A DNA stretch of 64,000 nt from Leidyana gryllorum EB-2025a (lineage: Eukaryota; Protista; Apicomplexa): contig JBLWGC010000121.1 in NCBI GenBank assembly GCA_048772705.1, positions 186,001 to 250,000 on the forward strand, written 5' to 3'. The position numbers were made by a program, and so were the translations under genes. The notes under the pieces were generated by a model. It searched no databases. It was not told the origin of the DNA and saw only the letters and a program-made list of their open reading frames with translations. This document shows positions 58,465-64,000 of this stretch, one piece after another (position 1 is the first letter of the stretch; each line of letters starts with the position of its first letter).

Positions 58465-61400
58465 ATGACAACAGACAATACAGTTTGGGGCCAAGAGTCG
58501 GACTTTTGGACCTCTGACGATGAGGTAGGCGAGGAACAGCAGGCATCTCCTCGCCAACAGACACCTCCTGCGGCTGAAGAGGAAATACCAGAGTGGCTGA
58601 AAGCCTTTGATGCGGAAAGAGCCACTTTTGACGACGTAGTTGGTGTGGCCGACGGATTTGGTAATGAGCCACCGAGCCAACGGATAATAGAGCCAAATAT
58701 CACCGCTCCGCAAGCTGAGGGACGTTATATACGGAAAAAATGGGTTATTGAGGACAAACACGATGTATCGAACTTCAATGAGGTCCTACCCAAAGAAGAC
58801 AGGGCTTTTCTTCACCCTTTTGAGCTCGATGACTTTCAGAAACGAGCGGTTCTGCACATTGAACGAGGAGAACACACTTTCGTCTGCGCTCACACAAGCG
58901 CTGGAAAGACGGTTGTTGCAGAATACGCCATCGCACTCGCTGCCAAGAACAATATGCGCGCGGTTTACACATCACCCATCAAGGCTCTGAGCAATCAAAA
59001 GTTTCGAGAATTCAGTCAGATATTTCCAAGTGTCGGAATCATCACTGGGGATGTGTCGGTGAACACCAGAGCGCAGTGCTTGATCATGACCACAGAGATC
59101 TTGAGAAGTCTGCTCTATAGGGGCGACGCTCTGCTCGCCCAACTCTTTGTTGTCATATTTGATGAGGTCCATTATGTATCCGATCCGGATCGCGGAGTTG
59201 TGTGGGAGGAGACAATCATAATGCTGCCGTCGACTGTCACGATGGTCATGTTGTCTGCCACCGTTCCCAACTACCTACAGTTTGCCGAGTGGATTGGCAC
59301 CACCAAACAACGGGAAGTCTTCTGTATGAGTACTACATACCGGCCGACGCCCTTGAGGCACTATTTGTGGGCCAATAATCGAGCATATCTGCTCATGGAC
59401 AATCGCAATCAATTCAATACTGGGGTGAGTGATGCAAATGCAATCGTAGGGAGACACACGCACACGTGTGCCCGTAGGCTTATAACATGGTGTATTCGGA
59501 TGCCCGCGCTGCACAAAAGGCAAAGGAACAGAGAGCGGCCGCTAAGGCCAAATCTAAAGCAAAAGCCAAAGCGCAAACCCGCATGGCTCCAAATCCAAAG
59601 TTCCAGAGTGCGGAGGCCAAATCGAAGACCGAGCGTCAAAAGCTTCAGGCCTTCTTGGAGTTCTTGCAATCTAACAACGGACTACCTGTCGTATGCTTCT
59701 GCTTCAGCCGTCGTCGTTGTCAGCAATTGGCGGAGCAACTGCCCAACATTATAAACGTTTCTGCTGACACAAAGTCAAAGATTCATGTGTTTGTGAAGGT
59801 GAGCGATTGATATTTGGGTTGATCACACTTTGACTCGTTTGTTTTGCAGCAAGCCTTGTCGGGACTGAACGCAGATGATCGTCAGTTGCCGCAAATTAAG
59901 ATTGTAGAGTGTTTGGTTCAGAAGGGAATTGGTATTCACCACGGTGGACTTTTGCCGATAGTGAAAGAAATGGTGGAGATCCTGTTTAGTCGGGGACTAA
60001 TTCAAGTTCTGTTTGCGACCGAAACCTTCGCCATGGGTGTGAATATGCCGGCCCGATCGGTGTTGTTCACGGGTGTGAGGAAGCACGATGGACGTCAGCA
60101 TCGGCCTCTGCTAGCGTCGGAGTATATCCAGATTGCGGGACGTGCGGGTCGTCGTGGGCTGGACGAGTGTGGGAATGTGTACATTCTATCTGCGGGCGAC
60201 GAGCCTCCGTTGCAGAACGAGTTGCATTCAATGATGTTGTTCCGATCAACACCATTGTCATCTCGTTTCCGTCTGACGTTCAGTATGATACTGCAGCTGA
60301 TATACCGGCGGGGTATGCGTCCGATAGATATGATTTCATCGTCGTTCAAAGAGAGCTCACGGGCTCAGCAACTGCCGATTCTTCGGCGGGATCTTCAACG
60401 GCGGCGGAAGGAGTTGGAGGATCTGCCTCCGGTCGACTGTATATTTGGAGAGAAGGCTCTGAAGGAATATGTGGATTTGGAGATGAAGTCGAGGTATCTC
60501 GGGAACAAATTACATTTGTCATTGATTAATTCGAGATACGCCTCTGAAGTGTTCTGTTCGGGAAGATTGGTTTTGGTTCACACATTGCCGTTCGTCCCTA
60601 TTAGTTGTTACGGAATCATCCTTCGGAGGGAGCGACAAGGCGAAGAAGCCACGACGAGTGCTCCTGGAGGCGGCACTGATAGTCCGCTGAAAGGAAACGT
60701 TACTCGACAGTTCTATCAGGGGAATGGGGGTGCGGCCGGTGGTCAGCAGGCTGAGGTCGTTGATGCATACTTCACACTGCTGATATTGGTCCCTCGCGGG
60801 TCGCAAGTGAGCTCCAAAGACACTTTGGGCGAAGTGACAGCTTTGGAGGCGGAGACAAATCTGATTTTGTCCACCGCCACTCGCAGTGCTGCGAAAGTAG
60901 AGATCCAACATGTGGGCAGTCTGACTCACGATGCCGGCGCCACAGAGGAGGAGCTGCGGGCCGCCGACACAGAAGCGGCTCTGTCGGTTCGCGATGGCAA
61001 TTATATCCCGTCGCGTCAGTTTGCTGTGGTGACGGGGGTACCACTGTCGTCCATCGGGTCTCTAATGACGGAGACTGTGCAGCTCCCGTCGGAGCACTGG
61101 GTGACCGAGGGAGGCGAGGAGGATAGTGTGGTCCCCTCAAAGAATACAAATGAGACAGATGCTAAGGAGGCGGAGAAGATTATGTGGTGGTCACGAGTGG
61201 CACAGTCGGTGGACGATCTGCTGGTCAGCACAAAGGGCAGTCTGAACGCTTTCACTATACCCAAGAAGATGAGACAGATTGAGATCGAACACGTCGTCGA
61301 TGCGACTCAGTTGCGCGGGATCACCACGCAGCTGATGAACCATCAGTGCCACTTGGACCCCCGCAGGGCCGACAACGTCCGCATAATGCTGCGCCGGCGA

Positions 61401-62240
61401 CAACTGGAGAAGGACATAGAAGACATCGACTTCCAGATTTCTGATTCCAGTCTCGATTTAGTCCCCGAACTGTTGGCCAAAATCGATGTGCTCAAATCGA
61501 GACAATTCTTGGAACAGAACGGGTCAATCGCGCTGAAGGTGAGGAACTGTGTGTCTGTGTGTGGTGGGGGGGGGGGTATATATGTGTGTGTGTGTCTGTG
61601 TGTCTGTGTAAAGAATCTTTGTTAGGGTCGTGCGGCGTGTGAGGTAATGGCGACGGACGAGATATCGCTGTTGGAGGCGGTGTTTGAGCACGTGTTACAG
61701 GATCGGTCCCCGGAGGTGATAGCGGCGGCGGTGTCGGCTTACGTTTTCCCGGAGAACAACGAGGACGAAGACGTGATTTTCAGTGAGGAGGTTGAAGAGG
61801 TGAAGGAACGACTGACAGCAATTCACAATGCGATTGGCGAGGAGCTGTGTGGTAGAGGTGTCCGTCTGAACTGGGATGACTGGAATAAATTGTGCAACTT
61901 CAAGTTCGCACAGGTCGCTTGGCGGTGGGCCCGGGGAGAGCCATTCACTAAACTCGTTGAAAAGACCTCTTTACAAGAGGGAACGATTGTGAGAACCATC
62001 GTACGCCTGGACGAGCTCATTCGGAAGGTGAGGAGCATCGACCTTTTCATTCTATGGGTATGGGTGTGTATGTGTCTCTCTTGCTTGCTATGGCGCTTAT
62101 CCACTCATTTTCTCTTGTCTGTGCAGTTGAAGGGAGTGGCTCATCTCATCGGGAACCGCGAGTTGAAGGACGCCCTCACAAAGACTTCGGAGCTCATTCA
62201 TAGAGACATTGTCTTTGCCTCCAGTCTCTACATTCAGTAG
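58465..62240 (+). CDS. SKI2: Ski2 RNA helicase (cytoplasmic exosome cofactor), multi-exon
   Basis: PFELDDFQ, AHTSAGKT, DEVHY, SAT, ATETFAMGVNMPAR, AGRAGRRG, EGTIVRTIVRLDEL, RDIVFASSLY. Confidence 0.92.
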
Positions 62241-62253
62241 CCAGCCAGCTGTC

Positions 62254-63164
62254 TCAGATGACGGCTTCCAGGTCAGTCGCGTAGCCGAGCCATTGCTTCA
62301 TCAACGACATTGTGGGAACCTCGTCTTTGGTCTGAAAAGGGAGGGATGGTCGATGGGGGGAGGGAGGAGAACCTACGTGGGTGGCGACGGTGGTGGCGTG
62401 GGCTTTTTGTAACGCCACCTGCATTCGGTGGCGTGTGGACTCCGCCAGAGGAGCAGCAAAGACACTGAAGCGCGGGTCGGGGAGCTGTTGCTGTAGGGCA
62501 ATAAGAACCTGAAGGCCCCAGATCCAAAAGTTGTGGCCGACGTGGACTGACTTACGGGCAACGAATTCCCATCAACTATATGTGTTTCGAGTTTAAGCGG
62601 AAAGTTCAGTAACGCAGCGTCTTGAGGTGTGAGTTTGACTCCACAGAATGTGGTGGTCTCGCCGTGCTCCGTCTCCCCCTTGCCACAAATCCGCCGCAGC
62701 AGAATATGAAAGGCCTCCAAATCGTCGTTGGCCAGATATCGAGTGAGCATCAGAGCCACAATGAGCGCTTGACGCTCTGACAGCGCTTGTTGCTGAAGAG
62801 CGATGAGGAAATTGACAGCCTGCCAGGCAACTGGCCTCTGACTCACACGAAGAATCAAGGGATGCAGATATATGCTCTCGAGCTCAACAAACTCGCGAGC
62901 GAAAAGTTCCTCGTCGCGCTGGAGGAGAGCCACCATCACGCTGACCTCCAAAACACCCCGTACATATAGCAACTCATCCAAGACTTGAGTCATCTTTTGG
63001 TGGTTGGATAGGGATTGGGGCACAAAACAGCTAAGGGTGACAAACGACCGCTTGGCATCCTTAATGCGCTGTGTTATGGTGTTAAAGTCCTGACGCTTCT
63101 CAGCCGCCTGAAGTAACTCGTTCAACTCGTGCAGCCTTTGTGTAAGCGACCCGGCAGAAGACAT
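62254..63164 (-). CDS. RPN12: 26S proteasome lid subunit Rpn12/PSMD8, 272 aa; join 63164..62556, 62508..62377, 62331..62254
   Basis: RGVLEVSV...DEELFAR, YLANDDLEAFH, FPLKLETHIVDGN, C-terminal WLGYATDLEAVI. Confidence 0.8.
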
Positions 63165-63360
63165 GATTGATAAATTTTGTTGGTTCAGTCAGCCCTTTGG
63201 CGTGAAGATACTATACGAAAATTCTCTCCCGGCCTCCACTGACTCGGACTGTCACTACTACGCATCTGATAACTAATCTGTTGGTTGCTCACAGACCGCT
63301 TGTGCCGCATATAGCATGCATTACAGTACCGTCTGCCATCAATAAAACGCCATTGTGGCG

Positions 63361-64000
63361 TCACATTGCACTACAACGACATTGATTTACAGTAAAGAAA
63401 GACTTAAACGAACAGGTTACGCACACAACCCGCTTCCACCCCGGTAATATGTGGTGGGGGAACGTTGGACACACGCGCACGAAAAGGATTACTCTGCTTA
63501 CCCGGCAATGTGTGCAGCTATGCTCACGACTGGCAACCGTCGCCTTTTGTGAGGCAATACGTCGACTTCTCTGCTCCTCACGCCATCTACTTGACCCTGT
63601 ACCATTTGCTTGCCACTCGGTAGAAGTCCCGTTGGCGGCAAAAGCTGTTGGAGGTGAATCTGCGAATTGAGGACATGTGGAGCCAAGTATGTGGGGAATA
63701 GGCCGTGTATGCAATCTGGGTACTCGACAGACCAATGAACACGCAGATACGTATATATATATAATCAATTGAGGGTGTTGAAACGTGTGTGTACATGACG
63801 GGTGTCTCCGTGTGGCGCTGATCGACTGGTGTAAATCCGAGGAGGACGGACCGGAGATGGCATAGATTGCCGACTATGATGATCAGATGTGATGGGTTCT
63901 GCGCTTACCGGAAAGTCGATACAGATCCGACTGTGCAGCGATCAAAGATGCTACTTCCTCGCCCCGTACCCCCATAACATTCAACCTCTCATGATCAGTC
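63361..64000 (-). CDS. Partial multi-exon hypothetical gene running off the window
   Basis: Open minus-strand segments bounded by GTAAGC donors and YAG acceptors; product and end unresolved. Confidence 0.3.

Noticed and set aside
13861-58465. Spliced-leader trans-splicing as the explanation of short spacers
   Set aside because: Several spacers (15868-15871, 47456-47470) contain no AG acceptor between stop and ATG; unsupported from sequence alone
20254-62240. Functional RNA-metabolism cluster (Ago, PAM2-CCCH, KH, SKI2, UBA4)
   Set aside because: Spread over 42 kb among unrelated genes; RNA-related genes are common, so clustering is not demonstrated

Overview
Eukaryotic, very gene-dense DNA with short GT-AG introns (mostly 40-70 nt). 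The style fits a compact-genome protist, most likely a gregarine-type apicomplexan; this is inference and not provable from the window. Bases 1-12.4 kb hold an accessory array of at least 13 intronless genes for tiny Ser/Thr-rich, predicted GPI-anchored surface peptides. Six are near-identical 67-aa copies, five of them in 376-bp tandem units forming a 716-bp-arm inverted repeat around a pseudogene and a possible retrotransposon integrase relic. Bases 12.4-24 kb hold a zinc-ribbon protein, several divergent F-box/LRR-like genes packed 4-37 nt apart, and a full-length 1000-aa RG-rich Argonaute with an apparently intact slicer site. Bases 24-64 kb are largely housekeeping: PrsW-type protease, UBA4/MOCS3, a PAM2+CCCH protein, AP sigma, two RPS29 copies, a bacterial-like methyltransferase, KH protein, DUF900 hydrolase, TBC GAP, amino-acid transporter, UGGT, SKI2 and RPN12. 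After manual splicing, unrelated co-directional genes repeatedly sit only 12-37 nt apart, suggesting polycistronic or overlapping transcription. Gene models were spliced by eye and family calls rest on remembered motifs, not database searches. No rRNA, tRNA or CRISPR array was recognised.
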